From the IMG/VR virus record IMGVR_UViG_3300042507_004023: 64,000 nucleotides of DNA; one strand, given 5' to 3'. Within the stretch, counting starts at the first letter, position 1. Every line of letters starts with the position of its first letter. This DNA comes from a virus. Positions 26,589-35,399 of the stretch are shown here, one piece after another. The notes under the pieces were generated by a model that was not told where the DNA came from, did no database searches, and saw only the letters and a program-made list of their open reading frames with translations. The position numbers were made by a program, and so were the translations under genes.

Positions 26589-27409
26589 AGATAATTGTGC
26601 CAATGGCAGGAACAGGCAATCGTTTTGTCGAGAAGGGATATGCAGACCCTAAGCCCCTTATTCGCGTAAACGGTAAACGAATCATAGAATACATTCTAGA
26701 GATGTTTGATCCAAACGATGAAATTGTATTCATCTGTAACGATACCCACCTAGCAACAACTGATATGCGAGATGTGCTTCTATCTCTGAAGCCAAACGCC
26801 ACGATTGTATCCATGCCTCAACATAAGTTGGGCCCTGTGTGGACGGTTAAGGCAGTATACGAACACATCAAAGATGATGAAGAAGTAATTGTTTCTTACT
26901 GCGACAATCCTCACCTTTGGGACATGGAGCATTTTAAGGAACATGTTAACTACTACAAGATGGATGGTTGCATTCTTACTCACTCTGGATTTCATCCACA
27001 CACCTTGGCTCAAACAAAGATGGCGTTTGTTAAAGATGTGCCGGGAACTCCGTATATTACTGAGATTAAAGAAAAGGCGTGTTACACCAACGATCCGATG
27101 AATGAACATGCTTCTACCGGCATGTATTACTTTAGACGGGGTGCAGATATCAAGAAATATTTTGATCTTGCTATGGAGAGGGGAATTCAGTATAATGGCG
27201 AATTCTATGTTACTTTGGTCTACAATCTGCTGGTTCAAGACGGATTGAAAGTTGGTTATTACGACACTCCGTTTGTTACCGTGTTTGGAACTCCTGAAGA
27301 AGTGGAAAATTTTGAGGCTTGGGCAACCATAGTTAAAGGTAAGCAGGTAAAGTCGGTGGATGATCTAATTAACTGCTATCTGTATTGGGACTCGTATCAC
27401 AATGACTAA
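26585..27409 (+). CDS. Sugar-phosphate nucleotidyltransferase family protein
   Basis: IVPMAGTGNRF...GY..PKPLI.V.GK, SYCD, ASTGMYYF, NGEFYV..VYN, FGTPEE. Confidence 0.85.
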   Translation: MKIIVPMAGTGNRFVEKGYADPKPLIRVNGKRIIEYILEMFDPNDEIVFICNDTHLATTDMRDVLLSLKPNATIVSMPQHKLGPVWTVKAVYEHIKDDEEVIVSYCDNPHLWDMEHFKEHVNYYKMDGCILTHSGFHPHTLAQTKMAFVKDVPGTPYITEIKEKACYTNDPMNEHASTGMYYFRRGADIKKYFDLAMERGIQYNGEFYVTLVYNLLVQDGLKVGYYDTPFVTVFGTPEEVENFEAWATIVKGKQVKSVDDLINCYLYWDSYHND

Positions 27410-27704
27410 AATCATATTTGTTGACATTGATGAAACGATTTGCATTACTCCTGACCATCCTCGGGAGTATAAGAAGTCTAAGCCTATTCTTGAAAACATA
27501 GAAAAGATTAATCGCTTATATGACGAGGGAAACACCATCATCTATTGGACGGCTAGAGGCAGTCGAAGTGGCATAGACTGGTATGATCTAACCAAGCAGC
27601 AGTTGGAAGATTGGGGTGCAAAGCATCACGATTTGAGATGCGATAAACCTTACTATGATCTATTCATTGAAGACAAAAGTTTAAGAATAGAGGAATTATC
27701 GTGA
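27402..27704 (+). CDS. HAD-like capsule-biosynthesis phosphatase
   Basis: FVDIDETIC, IYWTARG, KPYYDLFIEDK. Confidence 0.85.
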   Translation: MTKIIFVDIDETICITPDHPREYKKSKPILENIEKINRLYDEGNTIIYWTARGSRSGIDWYDLTKQQLEDWGAKHHDLRCDKPYYDLFIEDKSLRIEELS

Positions 27705-28168
27705 TTTACATTTCACACCGAGGTAATCTTGACGGAGTTATTCCCGAGCGTGAAAACTCATTGGATTACATTCAAGAAGCAATTGATGCAGGCTATGATG
27801 TAGAGATAGATCTGCGTATGAAAAACGAACAACCCCATCTAGGTCACGATTACGCTCAGTATCCTGTGACCGAGGAGTGGCTTTGGCAACGCCGTGAATA
27901 TCTTTGGATTCATGTCAAGGAATACGCCGCTCTCAAATGGATTTTTCAAAGATCTTTAATGCAGCCTGTTCGATATTTTTGTCACGAATCTGATCGGTAT
28001 ACACTTGTAAGTAATGGTTGGATTTGGTCGCACGATTTAACAAATTCTATGATTTCCAAGTGCATTATTCCTCTTCTCTCTAAAGAATCTGTAGCCGCTT
28101 ATAATCAAACCGGATTTGGAGCCGTTTGCTCGGATTTTATCTACGATTGTCAGAAAAAGTTTGCTTGA
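27701..28168 (+). CDS. PLC/GDPD-like phosphodiesterase family protein
   Basis: ISHRGNL.G..PERENS..YI..AI..GYDVEID, LGHD, WIH.K, VCSD. Confidence 0.8.
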   Translation: MIYISHRGNLDGVIPERENSLDYIQEAIDAGYDVEIDLRMKNEQPHLGHDYAQYPVTEEWLWQRREYLWIHVKEYAALKWIFQRSLMQPVRYFCHESDRYTLVSNGWIWSHDLTNSMISKCIIPLLSKESVAAYNQTGFGAVCSDFIYDCQKKFA

Positions 28169-28192
28169 CTTTTCGGGGATTTGGGGTATACT
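28165..28192 (+). promoter_or_regulatory. Sigma70-like early promoter for gp41
   Basis: TTGACT-16 nt-TATACT. Confidence 0.6.
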
Positions 28193-28213
28193 GATTGTTC
28201 GAGAACCCATCTG

Positions 28214-29638
28214 ATGTCTGCTGACAGAACAGAAATTTTAATTCTTCGTTCCCTGCTCCACGATGAGGAGTTTGGTAGAAAAGTTCTACCGTTCTTGAAG
28301 CCCGAGTATTTCAATGAGCGTGACGAGCGGGTTATCTACGATTGTGTGAGCGAGTTTTACACTCAATACAACGCCAAGCCAAGTGTTGAAAGTCTGCTTA
28401 TCGACTTGGGAAAGCGCGATGATTTAAGCGAAACCGAGTTCAAATCTATTCGAGAAATCATCAAGAGTTTTAAGACACATGATGCTCCCGACACACAATG
28501 GTTGCTAGACAACACAGAAAACTTCTGTAAAGAAAAGGCACTCTATAATGGCATCATGGAATCCATTCAGATTATTGATGGAAAGTCCAAAGACAAAACT
28601 AAAACTGCTATTCCAAGCATTCTTTCTACTGCTCTTGCAGTTAGTTTTGATTCTCATATCGGTCACGATTTCATTGGTGATGCAGACAAGCGATACGACT
28701 TCTATCACACCGTAGAGAAGCGTATTCCGTTTGATCTTGACCTGATGAACAAAATTACCAACAATGGAACTCCATACAAAACTCTGAATGTGTGTCTCGC
28801 GGGCACGGGCGTGGGTAAGTCTTTGTTCCTCTGTCACCATGCTGCAAATTGTCTGATGCAAGGTAAGAATGTGCTGTATATAACTTGCGAAATGGCGGAA
28901 GAGCGTATTGCTGAACGCATTGATGCCAATCTGATGGATACTAGTTTAGATGATCTGAAGGCTTTGCCCAAGGATATCTACGACCGCAAAATGAAGCGTA
29001 TTATGGAACAGACTACGGGGAAACTGATTATCAAAGAGTATCCGACAGCGAGTGCTTCAGTAATGCACTTCAAGCATCTGTTGGATGAACTGCGTTTGAA
29101 GAAGAACTTTGTTCCTGAAATTATTTTTATCGACTACTTAAACATTTGTGCATCTTCTCGTATGAAACAGAGTGCTACAGTAAACTCATATACATTCATC
29201 AAGGCTATTGCAGAGGAACTGCGCGGTCTTGCGGTGGAGACTGGTGTTCCCATCTTTACGGCAACTCAAACTAATCGTTCTGGCTTCTCTAGCACGGATG
29301 TTGAGTTGACAGATACTAGTGAATCGTTCGGTCTACCACAAACCGCAGATTTCATGTTTGCTTTGGTTTCAACCGAAGAACTTCAGGGTCTTGGTCAGAT
29401 TATGGTGAAGCAGTTGAAGAACCGTTATGCTGATCCTGCATCTAACCGACGCTTCGTTGTCGGAATTGACCGCAGCAAAATGAAACTGTTTGACTTGGAT
29501 GAATCGGCTCAACGCGGAATTATTAATATTACCGAGTCCAAGGATACGGATGATGAAGACTCGGGAGAATTTAAAACTTTCCGTGAACGCATGGGTGAGA
29601 AGTTTAATAAAAAGAGAGATTTTGCTGATTGGTCTTGA
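28214..29638 (+). CDS. 41: Replicative DNA helicase (T4 gp41)
   Basis: VLPFLKPEYF, LAGTGVGKS, ITCEMAEERIAERID, IKEYPT, IDYLNI, AEELRGLAVE, SESFGLP.TAD, KQLKNRY. Confidence 0.96.
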   Translation: MSADRTEILILRSLLHDEEFGRKVLPFLKPEYFNERDERVIYDCVSEFYTQYNAKPSVESLLIDLGKRDDLSETEFKSIREIIKSFKTHDAPDTQWLLDNTENFCKEKALYNGIMESIQIIDGKSKDKTKTAIPSILSTALAVSFDSHIGHDFIGDADKRYDFYHTVEKRIPFDLDLMNKITNNGTPYKTLNVCLAGTGVGKSLFLCHHAANCLMQGKNVLYITCEMAEERIAERIDANLMDTSLDDLKALPKDIYDRKMKRIMEQTTGKLIIKEYPTASASVMHFKHLLDELRLKKNFVPEIIFIDYLNICASSRMKQSATVNSYTFIKAIAEELRGLAVETGVPIFTATQTNRSGFSSTDVELTDTSESFGLPQTADFMFALVSTEELQGLGQIMVKQLKNRYADPASNRRFVVGIDRSKMKLFDLDESAQRGIINITESKDTDDEDSGEFKTFRERMGEKFNKKRDFADWS

Positions 29639-29662
29639 CGAAGCCAAACAATAAGATATAAT
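29635..29662 (+). promoter_or_regulatory. Sigma70-like early promoter
   Basis: TTGACG-16 nt-TATAAT; ATG 6 nt downstream (apparently leaderless). Confidence 0.65.
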
Positions 29663-29668
29663 ACATCC

Positions 29669-29905
29669 ATGTTCCGACTTCACATTGATATTCCGCTGAA
29701 CACCGATGAGGCTACCGCAGCAGCCTTGTCAGAAACTATTGTTGCTCAGTTGGCAAGTAACATCACACCGACTTTACGCGACAAGGGAATCACAGAAGTG
29801 AATTACCGATTAGGTAATGATGAGGACAGACAGAAGAGCAACTATCTCATCAAGACGGAATCAGGTCATGTAGCAAACAAAAAGTCTCGCGTGATTTTTA
29901 CTTAA
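29669..29905 (+). CDS. Hypothetical protein (78 aa)
   Basis: ORF directly after a strong promoter. Confidence 0.7.
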   Translation: MFRLHIDIPLNTDEATAAALSETIVAQLASNITPTLRDKGITEVNYRLGNDEDRQKSNYLIKTESGHVANKKSRVIFT

Positions 29906-29906
29906 C

Positions 29907-29980
29907 GGGAGTGGGGGGTCTTTGGTTGGCCCAGATTGGTTTATACCCGATTGGAACAGGTTCGAATCCTGGCACTCCTA
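29907..29980 (+). tRNA. trnI: tRNA-Ile(TAT), atypical
   Basis: GGGAGTG/CACTCCT acceptor stem, GGGTC/GGCCC D stem, ATTGG-TTTATAC-CCGAT anticodon arm, GTTCGAATC T-loop; G8G9 instead of U8A9. Confidence 0.7.
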
Positions 29981-30006
29981 CTAGATACTAAAACAAGGAG
30001 AATATA

Positions 30007-30363
30007 ATGCTTATCCCAAATACTGAATATGTTATTGTGAAGGTTGATCGCAACAAAGTTAAGCCTGGAGAGGCTTTTGAAGGAACTGTATATGCGGTGG
30101 GTCAAGCCCCATTTGCTCCTCAGCCTGTTGGTGGCGACGGTAGAAATTTCTCGTTTGCTCGTCAGCCTGAAGCATTTCCAATTCAAAAGGGAGATCGAGT
30201 GATTGCTGGAGGATACATGACTCTTATGACTGAGAACGATCAAGCATTGGCAATTTGTTTCAAGTCTGAAGTTTACGCCATCATCAAGGACGAACAGGAA
30301 GAGATCAACTTGTTCAACCAAGAGATGGAACAGGACACCAATCCGCAACTGCTGAAGGGTTAA
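30007..30363 (+). CDS. Second GroES-like protein
   Basis: IP..EYVIVKV...GTVYAVG...IQKGDRVI.GGY...KSEVYAII. Confidence 0.6.
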   Translation: MLIPNTEYVIVKVDRNKVKPGEAFEGTVYAVGQAPFAPQPVGGDGRNFSFARQPEAFPIQKGDRVIAGGYMTLMTENDQALAICFKSEVYAIIKDEQEEINLFNQEMEQDTNPQLLKG

Positions 30364-30367
30364 CTCC

Positions 30368-30874
30368 TTGAAGGTTCTCCTCCTCAACGCTAGCGAGGAA
30401 GTCTTAAATGTGATTGATTGGAAGCGAGCGGTTAACCTGCTTTGTTCAGGTCGAGCCGAGAAGCCCTACGGTCACGAAGACTACTATCGCATCCCTACCC
30501 CACGAGGTCACTATCAACTCCCAACCGCTATTGTGTTGGTGGAGTATGTAAATTTGCCGTATCGGGTAAAGGGAGCCACCCGTAAGGGGGTATTCCGTCG
30601 TGACAAGTATGAATGTCAGTATTGTGGGTGCTCGCTGAACGCAGCCAACGGAACAGTAGACCATGTAATGCCGGTAAGCCGTGGTGGTAAGTTTGAATGG
30701 AAGAATCTTGTGGCTTCTTGCCGTAAGTGTAACTACAAGAAGGCTAACCGAACCCCGCAGGAGGCTAAGATGCCCTTAGCCAAGCCCCCAATCGTGCCTA
30801 ACAGGAAGATGATTGTGATGACAATTATTGACCATTTGGGCCCCAAAACTTGGTCTAGGTGGATTGAGGAATAG
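30368..30874 (+). CDS. HNH endonuclease (McrA-like)
   Basis: VLLLNASEE.L, RDKYECQYCG, TVDHVMPVSRGG..EW.NLVASC.KCN..K.NRTP. Confidence 0.9.
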   Translation: MKVLLLNASEEVLNVIDWKRAVNLLCSGRAEKPYGHEDYYRIPTPRGHYQLPTAIVLVEYVNLPYRVKGATRKGVFRRDKYECQYCGCSLNAANGTVDHVMPVSRGGKFEWKNLVASCRKCNYKKANRTPQEAKMPLAKPPIVPNRKMIVMTIIDHLGPKTWSRWIEE

Positions 30875-30882
30875 TATAAATA
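30875..30882 (+). promoter_or_regulatory. T4-type late promoter
   Basis: Exact TATAAATA, 6 nt before ATG 30889. Confidence 0.7.
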
Positions 30883-30888
30883 TGGGGT

Positions 30889-32103
30889 ATGCTATCATTT
30901 TCCACACACGCAACCCCTAATTTTATAAAAGAGTCCAACGGACATATTAGCCATCTTGAAGACGGCATGTTCGAAAATGGTTGGGCTGGCTTACAGACCT
31001 CCATCAAAATTCTGAAAGATGTCGTTAGTGGTATTTCCGCAGGCGGAAAACAAACCGCTTCTCTGAATGTATCCACCAAGTGGGACGGGGCTCCTGCTAT
31101 CATTACTGGTATACATCCTGAAACCAAGAAGTTTTTTGTTGCCACCAAGTCTTTCTTTTCCAAGACTTCCAAAGTTAACTATACTGAAGCCGACATTCGC
31201 AAGAACCATGAAGGCGGCGTGGTAGATAAACTAATCGCCGCTCTGAAACTGTTCAAGCCGTTGAACATTCGTGGTGTGGCTTGGGGCGATTTGCTGTTTA
31301 CTCAAGGCGAAAAGAAAACACAAACAATTGATGGTAGAGACTACATTGTGTTCCGACCGAACACCATCACCTATGCTATTCCCACAGATTCGCCAGCAGC
31401 AGCAGAAGTTGCAGCAGCAAAGATAGGTGTGGTATTTCACACCAAGTGGAGTGGCAGCGGAGATATCAAAGAGCGTGGTTCATGGTCGCCTGGTGTTCCT
31501 GCGATGGGAACTTCCACAGCGGTATGGGTAGTGGATGCGAAAGTTCCAACACTTCCAAAGAACCTGCTTCTTCAAACCTCGGAAGAAAAGCAAATAGTTG
31601 ACTTAACAAAAAAGATTGAAGCCGAAGGTGCAAATCTTAAGTCTGCTCTACTTTCTTTCTTGAAGAGTGAAGCCGCTGAGTATGTTTCACAATACATCAA
31701 CTCCACTGTTAAGGCAGGGTTGAGCAATAATACCACAAACGGATTTTCCGTTTTCGTGCAGGCTAAACTTGCTGCTGAAGCGGAAGCCTTGAAGACTCAA
31801 AGCAAGAAAGACGAAAAAGCGGAAAAGATGGTTCGTATCACGAAGTATCTTAAAGCCTACGCTTCTCAAATTGACCGCCTGTTTGGGTTGCATGCCATGC
31901 TTGCAAAGGCTAAAGGATTGGTCATCTCTAAACTTTCTCTTACCCAAACTGTCTCAACCTTTATTGCAGACAAGGATGGATATCGTCCAACTGCACCTGA
32001 AGGTTTCGTAGCAGTTTGTGGTAAGACATGTAGTATCGTGAAACTTGTTGACCGCAACGAGTTCTCGCGCAACAACTTTAATCTAGCAAAGGAATGGAAG
32101 TGA
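30889..32103 (+). CDS. Conserved T4-like hypothetical protein (DUF6267-like)
   Basis: HISHLED, STKWDGAPAI..G..P..KKFFVATKS.F, GDLLFT, FRPNTITYA, PEGFVA, KLVDR.EFS..NF. Confidence 0.8.
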   Translation: MLSFSTHATPNFIKESNGHISHLEDGMFENGWAGLQTSIKILKDVVSGISAGGKQTASLNVSTKWDGAPAIITGIHPETKKFFVATKSFFSKTSKVNYTEADIRKNHEGGVVDKLIAALKLFKPLNIRGVAWGDLLFTQGEKKTQTIDGRDYIVFRPNTITYAIPTDSPAAAEVAAAKIGVVFHTKWSGSGDIKERGSWSPGVPAMGTSTAVWVVDAKVPTLPKNLLLQTSEEKQIVDLTKKIEAEGANLKSALLSFLKSEAAEYVSQYINSTVKAGLSNNTTNGFSVFVQAKLAAEAEALKTQSKKDEKAEKMVRITKYLKAYASQIDRLFGLHAMLAKAKGLVISKLSLTQTVSTFIADKDGYRPTAPEGFVAVCGKTCSIVKLVDRNEFSRNNFNLAKEWK

Positions 32104-35084
32104 AAAAACTCTCACAACTCATCACCGAAGCCCCGAAGAAAGAAAAGTCAATTGTTATTGGCGTTGGACGCTTTAATCCTCCAACCACAGGACACGAAGT
32201 TCTTGTAAACAAAGTGATGACGGAAGCACAAAAGATTGGTGCAGAGTTCTGTGTTTACGCTTCATACTCACAAGACCCAAAGAAGAATCCGCTAGACGCG
32301 AAAACTAAACTTGAGACTTTAAAGAAGTTCTTCCCAAAGATGAAGTTCCAACTGATGCCAAAGCCTTTTCCAAACAAGGACGGCAAGACAGTTGCAGGGC
32401 CTTATGCTATTGCACAAAAGTTGAGTGATGCAGGATATACTCGCGTTCACATTGTGACTGGCGCAGACCACATCGCGGAATACAACAAGATTAAGCAATA
32501 CATTGACCTTGACCCAAAAAGCACCGAGGGCTACAAGTTCTCAGACTTCAAGGTGATTAGTGCTGGCAACCGCGACCCTGATGCGGAAGGTGTGCAGGGC
32601 ATGTCGGCATCCAAGATGCGTAAGGCGGTGTTTGACGGCGATTACGATGCGTTCCTTAAAGGAGTTCCTGCTCATGTGAGCAAGGCGGATGCCAAGAAGA
32701 TATTCATGGCCGTGAAAAAGGGAATGCAACTAAAGGAAGAATGGCTATGGGAAGAAAAGTCATCTGATGTAACTCTGCTTTGTCTGACTTCCGCTGAAGG
32801 CAGCACAGACGGCTCAAGCATTGAAAAGATGGAAAAGTCTTGCAAGAAAAAGGGCATAGAATTCCATACTGTAAAGATGAAGTATGCTCACATCAATCCG
32901 ATGGAAGCAAACGGAGATAAGATAGTCATTCAGATTACTGAAGGCGAAGAAAAGAAAAAGATTACCATAAGCCCGCGTGACACTCTTTGCTTTGTGCGTG
33001 GCGGTGTAATGAACTCGGAACTTGGAATTGGTCTCGCCACAATTCTACAAAATAACGGTGTGTTCATGGTTAACGAGAAGGGAGCAATGGAGTTGTGTGC
33101 AAACAAACTGCAAACCGCTCTTGCCCTTCAGAAGTATAACCTGCCACACCCAAGAACTGCATTTGTTTCCGATGAAGACTCCGTGGAAAACGCGATGAAG
33201 GCTATCGGCGGCAAGTATCCTGTAGTAGTTAAAACTGTTACAGGAGCAGAAGGTATCGGTGTTTCTATTATTGAAAGCGAGAAGTCACTACGCTCGGTTC
33301 TACAATCCCTGTGGAAGTTTGGTGCAGAAGTAATTCTGCAAGAGTTCCTGCCAGGCTTTAAGAACGATGTTCGTAGCATCGTATTAAATGGCAAGATTTT
33401 TGCTTGTGCAAAGCGGGACAAGGCTAAGGGAGACTTCCGAACCAATATTGCTAGGGGTTCCTCAGGGGGCGCATTCAAGTTATCTCCAGAAGAGATTGAA
33501 CTTGTAGAAAAGGTTGCACTTGTGAGTAAGTGCTATTATGTTGGCGTTGACCATGTTGTAGTTGACGGTAAACCTTATATCATCGAGATGAACGCTTCAC
33601 CTGGTAGCGGTAATGTTTACACGCTATACGATGGAGGCAAACCAACCAAAGAAGTGGAAGGTCAAGGTTTGATGGATGCTTTGATTGAACATGTAGGTAA
33701 TAAAAGTAATTGGAAACTATTCAGTAATGTTGCAGTATCAGAAAAGATTACGGTTGATGGAGTAGAATACAACGCGAAAGTGGATACCGGCAATAGCGGT
33801 TACAATTCTATTGATGCAAAAGATATCAAGATTAACGAAAAGAATCATACTGTAACCTTTAAAATTAACGATAAAACCATAACCAAAGATATCGCTAGTC
33901 GAATCAAGATTAAGCGAGGTGGAACTGAAGAACGAGAAATTCGTCCTGTTGTATTCATGGATGTGAAATTTGGCGGCAGAGAATACAAGAATGTTAAGTT
34001 TTCATTAACTAACAGACAGCACATGGAATACAAAGTTTTGATAGGACTTCGTTTCTTGCGTCAAACTGGTATGCAAGTTGACCCGAAAGATATGGCTGCT
34101 GCAAAACCAGAACCAAAAACAGAGGAGTTCGCAATGATTGAAGGAAAAGCCCCTGCAAGCCCAAAAGATAAAGAAACTGGATTACCAAAGAAATATGTTT
34201 CAGGATTAAGTCAAGCGGATGCCAAGGCTAGAGTTCAACAGTTTGCTGCTCGTAAGGCTCGTTCAGATTCAGACCCAAAGGCTTGGAAAAAACTACCAGG
34301 CGACCCCGAAAAAACTGCTCGCCGTTCCAAGTATTCTGTAGCGTTTGCGAAAAAGTTTGGAACCAAAGCAGAAGCATTTGAACTGCAAGAAATTTTAGAT
34401 GAGGCGGTTCGCTTGGATGATTGCGACAAAATTGCAACCCGAATCGAAAAGGCTCGTCATATGCAGGCTAAAGCAGGAAGCCCTGAAGAACAAACCGCAT
34501 GGGAAGTGTATATCGAAGAACAGAAGCGAGCCATGTATGCGGAACACGCTCCTAAAGTTTCCTCCACTCTAGAACAAGAGTTTGAGTGGATGATGTATGA
34601 GCATACCGATGAAAACAGTTTTGCCAGAAAGATTTACAAAGAAGTGTTGGAAATTGGAACCAACAAGATTCGTAAAACTTACGCTAAAGATACACCCGGT
34701 CAAGTCGCAGAAGAAACTGATGATGAAGAAAAAGATCGTATCTACAAAGAATGGTCTAAACTTGTGAACATGGGAGCCAAAGAACTTCAGAATTTTATAG
34801 ATTCAGAAGATGGGAAAGCGGCAGGATTGTCTCGTAAGGAAGCAGGCAAAGCAGGAACTGGTGGAGGTAAGATTACCTCGGGACGCGATTCGGCTCGTGC
34901 TATTGTCCGAATGCTTGGCAAGAAAAAAGATGATTGGCAGACAGGAGACTGGAAATGGGCAAACAAGCAAATTTCATTTATCAGCCGCATGAAGGGAGCC
35001 AAAGGCCCACTTCGTGACGATAAAGGCGAACCAACTCGTAAACTACTAGCCCTTAAGATTTGGGGACACAATCCGGAGAAATGA
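32100..35084 (+). CDS. Multidomain protein: cytidylyltransferase-like + RimK ATP-grasp ligase + retropepsin-like protease + DUF5824-like + DUF3140-like
   Basis: GRFNPPTTGHE/SASKMR; NKLQT..L...P.T, VVKTVTG..G.GV, QEFL, DVR, RTNIARG, GVD, EMNASPG; KVDTGN...LIG; KETGLPKKY; VNM.A.EL...LKIWGHNP. Confidence 0.85.
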   Translation: MKKLSQLITEAPKKEKSIVIGVGRFNPPTTGHEVLVNKVMTEAQKIGAEFCVYASYSQDPKKNPLDAKTKLETLKKFFPKMKFQLMPKPFPNKDGKTVAGPYAIAQKLSDAGYTRVHIVTGADHIAEYNKIKQYIDLDPKSTEGYKFSDFKVISAGNRDPDAEGVQGMSASKMRKAVFDGDYDAFLKGVPAHVSKADAKKIFMAVKKGMQLKEEWLWEEKSSDVTLLCLTSAEGSTDGSSIEKMEKSCKKKGIEFHTVKMKYAHINPMEANGDKIVIQITEGEEKKKITISPRDTLCFVRGGVMNSELGIGLATILQNNGVFMVNEKGAMELCANKLQTALALQKYNLPHPRTAFVSDEDSVENAMKAIGGKYPVVVKTVTGAEGIGVSIIESEKSLRSVLQSLWKFGAEVILQEFLPGFKNDVRSIVLNGKIFACAKRDKAKGDFRTNIARGSSGGAFKLSPEEIELVEKVALVSKCYYVGVDHVVVDGKPYIIEMNASPGSGNVYTLYDGGKPTKEVEGQGLMDALIEHVGNKSNWKLFSNVAVSEKITVDGVEYNAKVDTGNSGYNSIDAKDIKINEKNHTVTFKINDKTITKDIASRIKIKRGGTEEREIRPVVFMDVKFGGREYKNVKFSLTNRQHMEYKVLIGLRFLRQTGMQVDPKDMAAAKPEPKTEEFAMIEGKAPASPKDKETGLPKKYVSGLSQADAKARVQQFAARKARSDSDPKAWKKLPGDPEKTARRSKYSVAFAKKFGTKAEAFELQEILDEAVRLDDCDKIATRIEKARHMQAKAGSPEEQTAWEVYIEEQKRAMYAEHAPKVSSTLEQEFEWMMYEHTDENSFARKIYKEVLEIGTNKIRKTYAKDTPGQVAEETDDEEKDRIYKEWSKLVNMGAKELQNFIDSEDGKAAGLSRKEAGKAGTGGGKITSGRDSARAIVRMLGKKKDDWQTGDWKWANKQISFISRMKGAKGPLRDDKGEPTRKLLALKIWGHNPEK

Positions 35085-35085
35085 C

Positions 35086-35346
35086 ATGAAACGCTTTAAA
35101 GATTTAAAAACTGAACTAGAATTAACAGAAAGCAAAAAGGCTTTACAAAACAAAGCCAAGCAATCTGGTGTTTCATATGGAATTTTAAAACAAGTGTATG
35201 ACCGAGGTATGGCGGCTTGGAAGGGCGGGCATCGTCCAGGTGCAACTCCTCAGCAATGGGCTTTGGCTAGAGTTAATTCGTTCCTGACAGGTGGGAAAAC
35301 CCGAAGAACCGCTGATGCAGACCTTTGGAAGAAAGCCAAGGGATAA
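35086..35346 (+). CDS. DUF5824-like small protein
   Basis: LQNKAKQSGVSYGILKQVYDRGMAAW..GHRPGATPQQWALARVNSF. Confidence 0.8.
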   Translation: MKRFKDLKTELELTESKKALQNKAKQSGVSYGILKQVYDRGMAAWKGGHRPGATPQQWALARVNSFLTGGKTRRTADADLWKKAKG

Positions 35347-35399
35347 ATTTAACTAAATACTACCTAGCGGCAAGAGTATAAAATTTACAAGGAGCAGCA

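Noticed and set aside
30368-30874. HNH gene as a mobile homing element
   Set aside because: It looks like the compact conserved McrA-like HNH type and is not inside an intron or a conserved target gene; mobility cannot be supported from the sequence.
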